DNA of 64,000 nt from Actinomycetes bacterium. GTDB lineage: Bacteria; Actinomycetota; Actinomycetes; DATJPE01. The stretch is from assembly GCA_031430645.1 (NCBI GenBank), contig JANPBY010000027.1:3985-67984 (forward strand), in the 5' to 3' direction. The notes beneath the pieces are model-generated. The model saw nothing but the letters and a program-made list of their open reading frames with translations, had not been told where the DNA came from and did no database searches. Made by a program: the position numbers and the translations under genes. Below, piece by piece: positions 10,950-22,490 of the stretch; position 1 is the stretch's first letter, and each line of letters begins with the position of its first letter.

Positions 10950-12686
10950 ATGAGGACTGGCGCGCAGGGTCCTGGAACCGACCAACGACTGGCCCGGCTC
11001 CTTCCGGGTGTCGCCTCGATGCGTGGCTACCAACGCGGCTGGCTGCGCGGTGACGTACTCGCGGGCGTCACCGTCGCGGCCTATCTCGTCCCGCAGGTGA
11101 TGGCCTACGCCGGCGTCGCCGGACTTCCGCCGGTTGCGGGGCTCTGGGCGATCATGGCACCGCTTGCTCTCTACGCCCTCCTGGGATCGTCTCGCCAGCT
11201 CTCCGTCGGCCCGGAGTCGACAACGGCTCTGATGACCGCGGCGGCCATCGGCCCCCTCGCGCTCGCGGACCCCAGTCGGTACGCCGCTCTTGCCGCGGCT
11301 CTGGCGGTCATCGTCGGAATTTACTGCCTGCTCGGCTGGGCGGCCCGGTTGGGCTTCGTCGCGGACCTCCTCTCGCGGCCGGTTCTCGTCGGGTACATGG
11401 CCGGCGTTGCGTTGATCATGATCTCCGGCCAACTGGACAAGCTGACCGGCGTATCGGTGGAGGGGCAGGGCTTCCTGGGCGAGATCACGTCCTTCCTCAG
11501 GAGCATCGAGGACGCGAACCTGGCCACCACGGTGCTCGGACTGTCAACGCTCGCCTTCTTGTTCGTGGTCGGCTCGCTCTATCCGCGTGCGCCCGGCCCG
11601 CTCGTAGCGGTGGTGCTGGCCACGTTGGTCACGGTGGCCTTCGACCTCGAAGCCCGCGGGGTCGCCGTCGTCGGGGCGATCCCGAGCGGCCTTCCTGGGG
11701 CGCAGGTCCCCGACATCTCCATCGATGACCTCAAACTGCTCCTGTTGCCCGCCCTGGGGGTCATGATCGTGGGCTACACAGACAACGTCCTGACGGCACG
11801 GGCGTTCGCCGCACGTCACCATGAGCGGGTCGACGCCAACCAGGAACTCCTCGCCCTTGGTGCGTCCAACATCGGCACCGGGCTCACGCAGGGGTTCCCG
11901 GTGAGCAGCAGCGGCAGTCGTACGGCCATCGGGGACGCGGTGGGCAGCAAGACCCAGCTGTACTCGCTGGTAGCGCTGGTCGGCGTGATCCTGGTCCTGC
12001 TCTTTCTCGGCCCGGCGCTCGCCCACTTCCCCATGGCCGCACTGGGCGCGATCGTCATCTATGCCGCGACGCGGCTCATCTCACTGCCCGAGTTTCGGCG
12101 GATCGGAAAATTCCGCCGCAGCGAGCTATGGCTCGCCTTGGCCTCGATGGCGGGCGTTCTCTTGTTCAACATCCTCTACGGGATCCTGCTGGCTATCGGA
12201 TTGTCCGTGATCGAGTTGCTTTCCCGGGTGGCCCGACCGCACGATGCCATCCTCGGACAGGTCCCGGGGCTGGCGGGGATGCACGACGTGGACGACTACC
12301 CGACGGCCGAGCGGGTCTCTGGTTTGGTGGTCTACCGCTACGACTCGCCGTTGTTCTTCGCCAACTCCGAGGACTTCAGGCGTCGAGCCCTTGAGGCGGT
12401 CGCCGCCAGCGACTCTCCCGAGGAACCTGTGAGGTGGTTCCTGCTCAACGCCGAAGCCAACGTCGAGGTGGACATTACCGGCCTAGACGCCGTCGAGGAC
12501 CTACGCCGGGAGTTGTCCGGGCGAGGCATCGTCTTTGCGATGGCCCGCGTGAAGCAAGACCTCCGTGATGACCTCGAGGCGTTCGGCCTCGCCGAGGCGA
12601 TCGGTGTGGACCGGCTGTACCCCACCTTGCCTACCGCCCTCGCCGCCTACGACGACTGGTGTCGGGCCGGGCCGCACGGCGCCTGA
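10950..12686 (+). CDS. SulP-family inorganic anion transporter with C-terminal STAS domain
   Basis: 578 aa. SulP signatures are present (YLVPQVMAYAGVAGLPPVAGLW, GSRTAIGDAVGSKTQL) and there is a C-terminal STAS fold (VVYRYDSPLFFANSEDF...). An alternative start is M24 (MRGYQRGW, about 11019). Confidence 0.85.
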   Translation: MRTGAQGPGTDQRLARLLPGVASMRGYQRGWLRGDVLAGVTVAAYLVPQVMAYAGVAGLPPVAGLWAIMAPLALYALLGSSRQLSVGPESTTALMTAAAIGPLALADPSRYAALAAALAVIVGIYCLLGWAARLGFVADLLSRPVLVGYMAGVALIMISGQLDKLTGVSVEGQGFLGEITSFLRSIEDANLATTVLGLSTLAFLFVVGSLYPRAPGPLVAVVLATLVTVAFDLEARGVAVVGAIPSGLPGAQVPDISIDDLKLLLLPALGVMIVGYTDNVLTARAFAARHHERVDANQELLALGASNIGTGLTQGFPVSSSGSRTAIGDAVGSKTQLYSLVALVGVILVLLFLGPALAHFPMAALGAIVIYAATRLISLPEFRRIGKFRRSELWLALASMAGVLLFNILYGILLAIGLSVIELLSRVARPHDAILGQVPGLAGMHDVDDYPTAERVSGLVVYRYDSPLFFANSEDFRRRALEAVAASDSPEEPVRWFLLNAEANVEVDITGLDAVEDLRRELSGRGIVFAMARVKQDLRDDLEAFGLAEAIGVDRLYPTLPTALAAYDDWCRAGPHGA

Positions 12687-12944
12687 GCCGCTAGACAGTC
12701 GGGCGATCTCGGTTCGGCCGGGCTCGGTGACGTACGGCGCCGCAAGCGCAGCCACGAGGGACTCCACCAGCTCTGGCGCGGTGCCTGCAGGGAGGCGGAA
12801 CGTCGAAAGGCACCTGTCGTACCGCCACATGCTGATGACGAAAACTCGATCCCGGGGATGGAAAGACACCCGCATCGATCGTCCAGGGTCGCGGTCATCG
12901 AAGAAGACCGTGCCGTGAGTCGGGAGTGGCGAAACCACGCGCAT
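12501..12944 (-). CDS. hypothetical protein; ORF tail overlaps the SulP 3' end
   Basis: The ORF 12501..12995 has a protein-like N-terminal part (MRVVSPLPTHGTVFFDDRDPGRSMRVSFHPRDRVFVISMWRYDRCLSTFRLPAGTAPELVESLV) with GC3 near 80%. Its C-terminal 60 aa are low-complexity and overlap the SulP gene convergently by 186 nt. It could be a frameshifted remnant. Confidence 0.3.
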   Translation of the reverse strand: MRVVSPLPTHGTVFFDDRDPGRSMRVSFHPRDRVFVISMWRYDRCLSTFRLPAGTAPELVESLVAALAAPYVTEPGRTEIARLSSGSGAVRPGPTPVVVGGEGGRQGGVQPVHTDRLGEAERLEVITEVLLHAGHRKDDASPGQLPA

Positions 12945-13006
12945 GCTTCGAGGATCGTCGGACCCGTTGCTCAATGTCAACGGCGTAGTGAGCACACTGC
13001 CCCTGG

Positions 13007-13480
13007 CTACGACGCCGCGCGCGAGGAGACCTCGGCAGCAAGCGCTCGCGCCTGGGCGAGACCCCGACTACCGTCCGCCCCCTGGATTCCCATGGCGACC
13101 ATCGTGGTGCCGTCCGCGAGATCGAGCTGAACCCACGGGTCGCCCGGCGAAAGACGCACACCCAGCACCTCTGCCCATTCCAGCCGCCGATGACGAAAGA
13201 GGTTGACCACGGTCAACCCGGCGACGTCTGCCTCGACTCGCACGCGAGCCAGCCGATGAAGCACGAGAACGACCGCTAGCCCGCTGCCCACGAGCAGCAG
13301 CCGGTCGAAGGTTGTCGCCCCACTGCGACCCTCTGAGGTGAGAGCCACAGCCACAACACAGAATCCGCAGAACGCGACGACCGCTAGGACGTACGGCACC
13401 ACGCGACCTCGACGCGGTCTCCACACCACGGGGAGCACAGGTCGGTCAGGAGCAGGCACTGATCGGTCAGGAACGGGCAC
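13007..13480 (-). CDS. PH-domain-containing membrane protein (bacterial PH family)
   Basis: 157 aa. An N-terminal Arg-rich segment is followed by two TM helices and then a beta-rich soluble domain. Its position 13 nt downstream of hisG matches the conserved actinobacterial hisG neighbour. Confidence 0.6.
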   Translation of the reverse strand: MPVPDRSVPAPDRPVLPVVWRPRRGRVVPYVLAVVAFCGFCVVAVALTSEGRSGATTFDRLLLVGSGLAVVLVLHRLARVRVEADVAGLTVVNLFRHRRLEWAEVLGVRLSPGDPWVQLDLADGTTMVAMGIQGADGSRGLAQARALAAEVSSRAAS

Positions 13481-13493
13481 TGAGAGGACTCAG

Positions 13494-14339
13494 CTAGAGC
13501 CGGCAGGCGTGGATGTCGGTGGTGAGGATCCCGCGGGCACCCAAGTCGTGCAGGGCATCCATGATCTGGTTGGTCTCTGGTCGTGAGACCAAGGCACGGA
13601 CCGCGACCCATCCCTCGCGCTGCAGGGGTGAGACGGTCGGTGACTCGATTCCAGGGGTCAGAGCACAAGCCCGCTCGACGAGGTCGGTTGGGCAGTCGTA
13701 GTCCATCATCACGTAGGTTCGCGCCACGATCACGCCCTGCAATCGGCGCTCAAGCTGCTCGACTGCGGGCGTCACAGCCAGGCCGGTGCGTCGCACGAGG
13801 ACGGCTTCTGACCGAAGGATCGGGTCGCCGAAAATCTCCAGTCCTGCCTGTCGCAGGGTGCTCCCCGTCTCGACCACGTCGGCTATGACGTCAGCAACGC
13901 CTAGGCGAACCGAGGTCTCAACGGCGCCGTCCAGCCGGATGACCTCGGCCGTCACACCCAGCGAGGCGAGGTGCTTGCCCACCAAACCCGGGTACGCCGT
14001 GGCGACCCGGAGGCCCTCCAGCTCCTGCACCGACTGAGCCGAGCCGGGGCGAGCAGCGAAGCGAAAAGTAGACGCGCCAAAACCGAGCGGCAGGATCTCA
14101 TCAGCGGCCGCACCGCTGTCGAGGAGCAGATCGCGACCAGTGAAGCCGACATCGAGCTGGCCGGAGCCGACATAGACCGCGATGTCACGGGGACGAAGGA
14201 AAAAGAACTCAGTGGCGTTGTCCGAATCCTGAAGAACCAGCTCACGCGGGTCGGACCTCTGCCGATATCCGGCCTCGCGCAACATCTGGCTGGCTGGCTC
14301 AGCCAAGGACCCTTTGTTGGGTACGGCCACGCGCAACAT
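13494..14339 (-). CDS. hisG: ATP phosphoribosyltransferase
   Basis: Trimmed to MLRVAVPNKGSLAEPASQMLREAGY..., the long-form HisG with a C-terminal regulatory domain. The 45-aa upstream extension in the ORF track is Arg/Gly-rich noise. Confidence 0.9.
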   Translation of the reverse strand: MLRVAVPNKGSLAEPASQMLREAGYRQRSDPRELVLQDSDNATEFFFLRPRDIAVYVGSGQLDVGFTGRDLLLDSGAAADEILPLGFGASTFRFAARPGSAQSVQELEGLRVATAYPGLVGKHLASLGVTAEVIRLDGAVETSVRLGVADVIADVVETGSTLRQAGLEIFGDPILRSEAVLVRRTGLAVTPAVEQLERRLQGVIVARTYVMMDYDCPTDLVERACALTPGIESPTVSPLQREGWVAVRALVSRPETNQIMDALHDLGARGILTTDIHACRL

Positions 14340-14347
14340 CGCCGGAC

Positions 14348-14611
14348 TCACAGCCGGTGATAGACGTCGTCGAGGGACAGCCCGAGCGACACCATCAGGA
14401 CCTGGACGTGATAAATGAGCTGGGCAATCTCCTCCGCCGCCCGCTCGGGGGTTTCGTGCTCGGCCGCCATCCACGCCTCGGCGGCCTCTTCGACGACCTT
14501 CTTGCCGATCGCGTGTACGCCGTCTTCGAGGAGACGCACCGTTGAGGAGTGATCAGGGCGGTAGGCGTCACGGGCTGTGAGTTCGGCGAACAGCTGGTCG
14601 AAGGTCTTCAT
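14348..14611 (-). CDS. hisE: phosphoribosyl-ATP pyrophosphatase
   Basis: 87 aa, [31 protein letters not shown]...[13 protein letters not shown], a canonical HisE. Confidence 0.9.
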   Translation of the reverse strand: MKTFDQLFAELTARDAYRPDHSSTVRLLEDGVHAIGKKVVEEAAEAWMAAEHETPERAAEEIAQLIYHVQVLMVSLGLSLDDVYHRL

Positions 14612-14621
14612 AGGTGCAAGC

Positions 14622-16332
<1,711 letters not shown>

Positions 16333-16336
<4 letters not shown>

Positions 16337-16926
16337 GTCCGCTCCCCTATCAACTTCTCGACGTACTTCGCGATGACGTCGACCTCGAGGTTGACGAGAT
16401 CGCCGATCTGTTTGTGCCCCAATGTGGTCAGCTCGAGCGTGGTGGGGATGAGGCTGACCGTGAACCAATCGGTGCCGACGTCCACGACGGTGAGCGAGAC
16501 GCCGTCGACGGTGACGGACCCCTTCTTGACGACGTACCGGACCAGCTCGGTCGGCAGCCCGATCCGGACGACCTCCCAGTGTTCGGCGGGCGTGCGGTCG
16601 AGGATCACGCCCGTGCCGTCGACGTGGCCTTGCACGAGATGACCGCCGAGACGATCAGCCAGGGTGACCGGCCGCTCGAGGTTCACGCGACTGCCGACGA
16701 CAAGCTCGCCGAGGCTCGATCGCTCGAGGGTCTCGCGCATGACGTCGGCAGTGAAGTGGCCGTCCACGCTCTCCACCACGGTGAGACATACGCCGTTGAC
16801 GGCGATCGATGCGCCATGAAGGACGTCGGTGGTCACCAACGGTCCGCTCACCGTGATTCGCGCGGCATCGGCTTGCACCTCGATGGCCTGCACGGTTCCG
16901 AGCTCTTCAACGATCCCGGTAAACAT
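16333..16926 (-). CDS. ribE: riboflavin synthase alpha subunit
   Basis: 197 aa, [15 protein letters not shown]...[13 protein letters not shown], with two lumazine-binding repeats. Confidence 0.9.
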
Positions 16927-16928
16927 CC

Positions 16929-17954
16929 TCAGACCTTCCTGAACATCGTCAGTCGTACGTCGTCACCGAGCTGGGTCACGTCAACCAGCTGAAAGCGCAG
17001 CCCTTCGGCCAGGGTCGCGATTCCGGCATCTCCAAGCACGGCAGGCCCGCCACCCAAGAGAAGCGGTGCGACGTAGGCGATGACCTCGTCAACCAACCCG
17101 GCTCTGACAAAAGCCCCGGCCACGGTGGGGCCGCCTTCCAACCACACGTGCCGAATCCCGCGACCATGTAGAGCCTCGAGGACTTCCACCGGATCGTGCG
17201 TGGCCAGGTGAACGGTGGTGGCCGAAGAGTCACGTAGCTGGGCGCCCGCAGGAAGTTCGGTGCGACCCATCACGACACGCAGGGGCTGCTCAGAAGGCGG
17301 CCTGGGAGTGTCGTGTGCATCCCGCACGGTCAGCTGTGGGTCGTCAGCCAGTGCCGTGCCCGTGCCCACGAGAATGGCGTCACACTCGGCGCGCAGCCGA
17401 TGAACATCGCGGCGCGCGGAGATCCCGGTGATCCACTGACTCGATCCATCGGCTGCAGCGCTCCTGCCGTCGAGGGACGAGGCGAACTTCCAGGTCACGA
17501 CCGGCCATCCCCGTCTGACGGCCAGTGACCAGGCAACGTTCAGTTCGGTGCACTCCTCGATCAGGAGCCCCCCCTCCACATCCACTCCGGCCGCACGCAG
17601 TCGCGCGGCGCCCCCAGCGACAGTCGGGTTGGGATCGGTCTGGCCGAAAACGACGCGAGCGACACCGGCCTCGATCAGGGTCTCGGCGCAGCGGCCGACG
17701 CGATCGAAGCCGGAACACGGCTCGAGGGAAACAACAGCGGTGGCACCACGAGCCTCGCCACTTGACGCGAGTGCAGCGACCTCGGCGTGTGGCGTACCTG
17801 CCCCGCAGTGGAAACCCTCACCCACGACAGCACCGTCGGCTGACAACAGAACACATCCGACGCGCGGGTTCGGGTTGGGGCGGAAATCAGGAGTACGCGC
17901 GAGGTGGAGGGCGCGACGCATCGCGGCGCTCTCGACTGAACTGGCCATGCACAC
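16929..17954 (-). CDS. ribD: bifunctional diaminohydroxyphosphoribosylaminopyrimidine deaminase / 5-amino-6-(5-phosphoribosylamino)uracil reductase
   Basis: 341 aa. An N-terminal cytidine-deaminase-like zinc motif is present (HAEVAAL...EPCSGF). The C-terminal half is a RibD reductase domain. The start may be the internal MRRALHLA. Confidence 0.85.
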   Translation of the reverse strand: MCMASSVESAAMRRALHLARTPDFRPNPNPRVGCVLLSADGAVVGEGFHCGAGTPHAEVAALASSGEARGATAVVSLEPCSGFDRVGRCAETLIEAGVARVVFGQTDPNPTVAGGAARLRAAGVDVEGGLLIEECTELNVAWSLAVRRGWPVVTWKFASSLDGRSAAADGSSQWITGISARRDVHRLRAECDAILVGTGTALADDPQLTVRDAHDTPRPPSEQPLRVVMGRTELPAGAQLRDSSATTVHLATHDPVEVLEALHGRGIRHVWLEGGPTVAGAFVRAGLVDEVIAYVAPLLLGGGPAVLGDAGIATLAEGLRFQLVDVTQLGDDVRLTMFRKV

Positions 17955-18057
17955 CCCTCTCCGCGTCGGTCGCGGTCCCGAGGTGTACGAAGGTCATCGC
18001 AAGCAAGCCCGAGCCACCGCCGCAGGACGCGCGGCGGTGCGGACGTGCTCGCGCGTC

Positions 18058-18180
18058 GCCTCCCATCCGGACTTTCACCGTCGGTCCAGGAGTTTCACCT
18101 GGTCAACCGGCCGATGGCTTCGGCCGGGTCGCGGACTGTCACCGCCGGCTCGGAATTGCACCGACCCCGGGACGCACGAT
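18058..18180 (-). promoter_or_regulatory. FMN riboswitch (RFN element) in the ribD leader
   Basis: The minus-strand RNA reads GGGGUCGGUGCAAUUCCGAGCCGGCGGUGACAGUCCGCGACCCGGCCGAAGCCAUCGGCCGGUUGACCAGGUGAAACUCCUGGACCGACGGUGAAAGUCCGGAUGGGAGG. It contains the conserved RFN blocks AUUCC, CGGCGGU, CCGACGGUGAAAGUCCGGAUGGGAG. It is followed by the hairpin CACCGCCGC-N7-GCGGCGGUG (expression platform) and, about 100 nt later, the ribD start. Confidence 0.85.
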
Positions 18181-18196
18181 GTGTTGCCTTACACGT

Positions 18197-18901
18197 CTAG
18201 TCTGCCACAGCAGTTTCGGTGCCGGCCGCCAATGCCCCCGTCGTCGCGAGCGCCCTGAGCCTTCGGCAGGCCGCTGCGGCATCCTCCGGGCCATAGACGG
18301 CTGATCCGGCCACGAACGTGTCAGCTCCCGCCTCGGCGCACTGCGCGATCGTGTCGTCGGCGACGCCTCCGTCCACTTGGAGCCAGACCGCTCCGCCCGA
18401 CGCACGGATCAACTCTTTGGCCCGACGGATCTTGGGCAACATCTCGGATATGAACGCCTGACCGCCGAATCCGGGCTCCACGGTCATCACGAGGAGCATG
18501 TCAAGCTCAGGGAGCAGCTCGGCGTACGGGTCAACCGCTGTGCCGGGTTTCAGAGCCATGCCGGCCCTGGCCCCTGCCGAGCGAAGCGCCCGAGCAAGGC
18601 GTACGGGCTCCGCGGCCGCTTCGACATGGAACGTCACCGAACCCGCGCCCGCCTCGGCATAGGCCGGCGCCCAACGGTCAGGGTCGTCAATCATCAGATG
18701 GCAATCCACCGGGGTCGCAGAAACTCGAAGGAGAGCTTCCACGACCGGGAGCCCCAAGGTCAGATTCGGGACGAAGTGATTGTCCATGACATCGACGTGC
18801 AGCCAGTCTGCTGCGCCAGCTACCCGGGCGGCCTCGTCAGCGAGCCGGGCGAAGTCAGCCGACAAGATGCTCGGCGAGATGCGAAGGTCCACAGTCCTCA
18901 C
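18197..18901 (-). CDS. rpe: ribulose-phosphate 3-epimerase
   Basis: Trimmed to a GTG start ([20 protein letters not shown]...). The Rpe motifs are present ([24 protein letters not shown]). The 68-aa upstream extension in the ORF track is not Rpe-like. Confidence 0.85.
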   Translation of the reverse strand: MRTVDLRISPSILSADFARLADEAARVAGAADWLHVDVMDNHFVPNLTLGLPVVEALLRVSATPVDCHLMIDDPDRWAPAYAEAGAGSVTFHVEAAAEPVRLARALRSAGARAGMALKPGTAVDPYAELLPELDMLLVMTVEPGFGGQAFISEMLPKIRRAKELIRASGGAVWLQVDGGVADDTIAQCAEAGADTFVAGSAVYGPEDAAAACRRLRALATTGALAAGTETAVAD

Positions 18902-19052
18902 GCTAGCGGCCGGTCGGGCACCTGCCCATCCTCTCCTCACTGGCGACTGCTCCACACCTAGCCACGTCGCGCTAGGCCCCCCGCTGAGTACCATGGGGGA
19001 CGATGGTGAAACGGCAGTGTCGGACGAGATTCCACCCATGTAGGCGGGGACA

Positions 19053-20348
19053 GTGACCAGAACAAGCCACAGGGGCGGGCCCGTGTCCCGCTTCTCCAAG
19101 CGCACCGTGCGCAGTGTCGGCAGACGGATGACCGCCCTCGGCGCGCCCCAACAGGCCTCCTTCGACCTGTCCGACCTCCCCAGTGCTGACGTCGCCGTCT
19201 ACTTCTCAGATGGCCCTGAAAAGCTGTACCAGCTCAAGCAGTGGCTCCCCGTGTTCGAGTCAAACCCAGACGTCAGAACCGTCGTCGTTGTGCGGAGTTC
19301 GGGTACCCATCAAGCGTTGGAGAACCTGACCTCCCTCACTGTGCTGTTCGCGCCGCTGTACACAGACCTGATGGCCTTCTACGACCGGGGTGACTTCCAC
19401 GCTGTCATCTACGTAAACAACGGCATGAAGAACTTCCAGTCCCTCAGCTTTCAGCAAGCTGTACACATCCATGTGAACCATGGCGAGAGCGACAAGATCA
19501 GCATGGTGAGCAACCAAGTCAAGGCCTACGACCGGGTCTTTGTCGCTGGGGAGGCGGCGGTACAAAGGCATGCGGCAGCGCTCGCTTGGTTCGATCAGTC
19601 CAGACTGGTACGAGTAGGCCGACCGCAACTTGATCTAGCCGACACCGAGGTGATTCCGCCCTGGGCTGGACCGACGATCAGTTATGCGCCCACCTGGGAG
19701 GGCGAGGACGACGCCAACAACTACACATCGGTCGACCGGTACGGCCCGCAGATCATTTCCGCAGCCTTGGCCCAACCCGGCGCTCGCGTCCTCTACAAGC
19801 CGCACCCGCGGGTGGTTAGCTCACGTGACTCCAACGTCGCACTTGGACACCGAAACATCATGAGTCTCATCCAGACGGCCACGACCTCAAATCCGGCAAG
19901 CGGCCACGCGGCACTGCTTGACTCGAATGTCTTGGACGTCATCCGTGCTAGCGACGTCATGGTTGCCGATGTCTCCAGTGTGGCCCTTGATCATCTCTAC
20001 TTGCGGCCAGACGCCCCGCTCATGCTTTGCGACCGCCGAACCAATCGTGAGCGGCTGCTCAAGGACGCACCGGTAGCCAGCGGATCGCACATCATCGACA
20101 GAGAGACCATCGATACTCTTGCACTGGACCTGACTGCAGTCCTTGCCGAGGATCCGATGCGCACCGCTCGTCACGAATTACGAGACTTCTACTTTGACGG
20201 TCTCGCCCCGGGCCAGAGCACCGAGCGATTCTGGCAGGAACTCGGCTTCGCCATTGCAGACCATGATGAGGCTCTGCGCCAATTGAGCCTCAGCCGTACC
20301 GTCGAAACAACGCCAACCGCTTCGATCGAGTTAACGGGGAACCGATGA
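19053..20348 (+). CDS. CDP-glycerol glycerophosphotransferase (TagF/TagB)-family protein
   Basis: 431 aa, about the size of a TagF catalytic domain. It has conserved His/Asp positions and a YKPHP motif. The family assignment is from memory of actinobacterial TagF-like proteins. The true start may be the internal MTALG (about 19128). Local GC is about 58-60% against about 70% for the flanks. Confidence 0.65.
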   Translation: MTRTSHRGGPVSRFSKRTVRSVGRRMTALGAPQQASFDLSDLPSADVAVYFSDGPEKLYQLKQWLPVFESNPDVRTVVVVRSSGTHQALENLTSLTVLFAPLYTDLMAFYDRGDFHAVIYVNNGMKNFQSLSFQQAVHIHVNHGESDKISMVSNQVKAYDRVFVAGEAAVQRHAAALAWFDQSRLVRVGRPQLDLADTEVIPPWAGPTISYAPTWEGEDDANNYTSVDRYGPQIISAALAQPGARVLYKPHPRVVSSRDSNVALGHRNIMSLIQTATTSNPASGHAALLDSNVLDVIRASDVMVADVSSVALDHLYLRPDAPLMLCDRRTNRERLLKDAPVASGSHIIDRETIDTLALDLTAVLAEDPMRTARHELRDFYFDGLAPGQSTERFWQELGFAIADHDEALRQLSLSRTVETTPTASIELTGNR

Positions 20349-21034
20349 CCGTGCAAGCCACCATCCTCGCGGCCGGCATGGGGACCCGTTTGGGCCGACC
20401 CTGGCCGAAACCCCTCACGCCCCTGGCCGACGGGCGGACCATCATGCGCCAGCAGATCGAGAATCTTCAGAGCTCCTTCGATGACCTGCGTATCACCACC
20501 GTCGTCGGCTTCAAGCTTGAGTTGATCCTCGAGGAGTTCCCAGACGTCGGATACGTCTACAACGAGAACTATGACCGCACCAACACTAACCGCAGTCTGT
20601 TGAAGGCTCTTCGGCATTCGGCCTCCGGTGGCGTGCTCTGGTTGAACGGTGATGTGGTGTTCGACCCAGAAGTACTGGAGCGCTGCAAACCTCTCATCGC
20701 CAAGGAGCAGTCGTTCATCTGCGTCAACTCAGCAGCCGTGGGTGAGGAAGAAGTGAAGTACACCGTCGATTCCGACGGCTATGTGGAGGGTTTGTCGAAG
20801 ACCGTCGCAAACCCCCTAGGGGAGGCCGTCGGCATCAACTACGTGGGCGGCGCCGACAAGGTCAAGCTGATCCAGCGCCTCGCCGAGTGTGACGACTCCG
20901 ACTACTTCGAGCGAGGCATCGAGCTCACGATCGAGCGAGACCATACGCGCGTCCTGCCCTTCGACATCGGAGACTTGTTCGCCGTCGAGGTCGACTTCGA
21001 GGAAGACCTCTCGCGGGCCAACAGCCACCTCTGA
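20345..21034 (+). CDS. LicC-like NTP-transferase (CTP:phospho-alcohol cytidylyltransferase family)
   Basis: 229 aa. The N-terminus ILAAGMGTRLGRPWPKPL is the nucleotidyltransferase G-loop. The architecture is LicC-like (YNENYDRTNTNRSL, a C-terminal FAVEVDFEEDL comparable to the LicC YEIDSVQDY). It makes an ATGA overlap with the upstream TagF-like gene. GC is low, about 52-58%. Confidence 0.7.
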   Translation: MTVQATILAAGMGTRLGRPWPKPLTPLADGRTIMRQQIENLQSSFDDLRITTVVGFKLELILEEFPDVGYVYNENYDRTNTNRSLLKALRHSASGGVLWLNGDVVFDPEVLERCKPLIAKEQSFICVNSAAVGEEEVKYTVDSDGYVEGLSKTVANPLGEAVGINYVGGADKVKLIQRLAECDDSDYFERGIELTIERDHTRVLPFDIGDLFAVEVDFEEDLSRANSHL

Positions 21035-21035
21035 G

Positions 21036-22490
21036 TCACGGTCTATCGGGGCTCTTGCGCAGCAGGGCGAGGTACATCGCGTCGGTGCCGTGTTTGTGCG
21101 GCCACAGCTGGACGTCTGGGCCTGGCCCAAGGTCGGCTGCCTGGCGGCTCCCTGGATTCATGACGCCCGCCAGATGCTCTCGCGCATCGATCCATTCGAG
21201 GGTCCTGCGGCCGGCGAGGACGGAGTCGACAACTCCGCGTGTCTCGGCGACGACTGGAGAGCAAGTCACGTAGGCAACGACGCCACCCGGTCGTACGGCG
21301 TCAACGGCCGCACCCAACAGTGAACGCTGGAGCACCACCAGCCCGTCGATGTCCGCGGGGACGCGTCGCCAGCGGGCTTCCGGGCGCCGTCGTAGGGCAC
21401 CCAGCCCCGTGCACGGCGCATCGACGAGCACCCGGTCGAAGGACGAGTCGTCCCAAGGCCCGGCTCGGCCATCACTGACGATCACCTCGGCTCGAGTGCC
21501 GACCACACGTCGGATCAGGTCGGCTCGGTGCGGCTGTGGCTCGTTTGCAGTGAGGTGCGCACCGCGAGCCTGAGCGAGCCCGGCCAACAGGGCAGCCTTT
21601 CCGCCCGGTCCGGCACACAAATCCAGCCAACGGAGATCGGTGCCCGCCGGGGGGCCCAGAGGAACCGCCGCGGAGGCCAAGGCAACCAACTGGCTGCCTT
21701 CATCCTGAACCCCGATATCGCCTCGTCGCACCGCGTCAAAGCCCGCCGGATCGCCGCTGTCGAGGAGACCAGCGAAGGGGGACCACCGGCCAGGACGCGC
21801 ACCGAGCGCGGCCAAGTCCTCTTGACTGGACCTTCCCGGACGGGCGACCAGGGTGACCTGCGCCGGGAGATTGTTAGCCACGAGGAGCTCGGCGAGCTCA
21901 GCGCGCCCCAGCGGGTCGGCCGGGTCGACGCCGAGGGAGTCCGCGAAAGCGGAGACGATCCAGACGGGGTGTGCGTGAACGACGCTGAGATGCCCGAGGG
22001 GATCAGACTCGACGTCCGGAGCGAGTACGGCGAGCCAGGAAGGAAGGTCGTGGGCACCAGCTTTGCGCAGGACAGCGTTGACGAACTTCGCCCGGCCGTC
22101 ACCGACCGTCGCCCGAGCGAGTTCGACGGTCTCCCCAACGGCCGCGTGATCCGGCACTCGCATGGCGAGCAGTTGGTGGGCGCCCAACCGCAGAACATCG
22201 AGCACCTCGCCGTCGACCTGCGTGAGCGGCCGGTCGACACATGCACCGATGATCAGGTCGTAGGTTCCGGTTCCCCGCAGTGTGCCGTACGTCAGCTCCG
22301 TCGCGAAGGCAGCGTCTCGATCCTGGATGCGACGATCACGCAACATCCCGGGCAGTACGAGATTGGCGTAGGCGTCCTCCACTCGAACTGCTCGAAGGGT
22401 GTCGTAAGCGGCTCGACGCGGTGCGTCGGGCTGAGGGCGCCGATAGGGCTTAGCCGGGCGCTGACCGCGGCCACCCGAGGCGGAACTCAA
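21036..22490 (-). CDS. rsmB: 16S rRNA (cytosine967-C5)-methyltransferase RsmB/Fmu
   Basis: 484 aa. An N-terminal NusB-like domain is followed by a SAM-dependent RNA m5C methyltransferase domain ([30 protein letters not shown]). It is in the conserved position after fmt. Confidence 0.85.
   Translation of the reverse strand: MSSASGGRGQRPAKPYRRPQPDAPRRAAYDTLRAVRVEDAYANLVLPGMLRDRRIQDRDAAFATELTYGTLRGTGTYDLIIGACVDRPLTQVDGEVLDVLRLGAHQLLAMRVPDHAAVGETVELARATVGDGRAKFVNAVLRKAGAHDLPSWLAVLAPDVESDPLGHLSVVHAHPVWIVSAFADSLGVDPADPLGRAELAELLVANNLPAQVTLVARPGRSSQEDLAALGARPGRWSPFAGLLDSGDPAGFDAVRRGDIGVQDEGSQLVALASAAVPLGPPAGTDLRWLDLCAGPGGKAALLAGLAQARGAHLTANEPQPHRADLIRRVVGTRAEVIVSDGRAGPWDDSSFDRVLVDAPCTGLGALRRRPEARWRRVPADIDGLVVLQRSLLGAAVDAVRPGGVVAYVTCSPVVAETRGVVDSVLAGRRTLEWIDAREHLAGVMNPGSRQAADLGPGPDVQLWPHKHGTDAMYLALLRKSPDRP

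Noticed and set aside
17525-18304. 259-aa and 236-aa plus ORFs spanning the ribD 5' end, the riboswitch and the rpe 3' end
   Set aside because: They cross a structured RNA and two well-supported minus-strand genes, and their composition is Arg/Pro/Ser noise.
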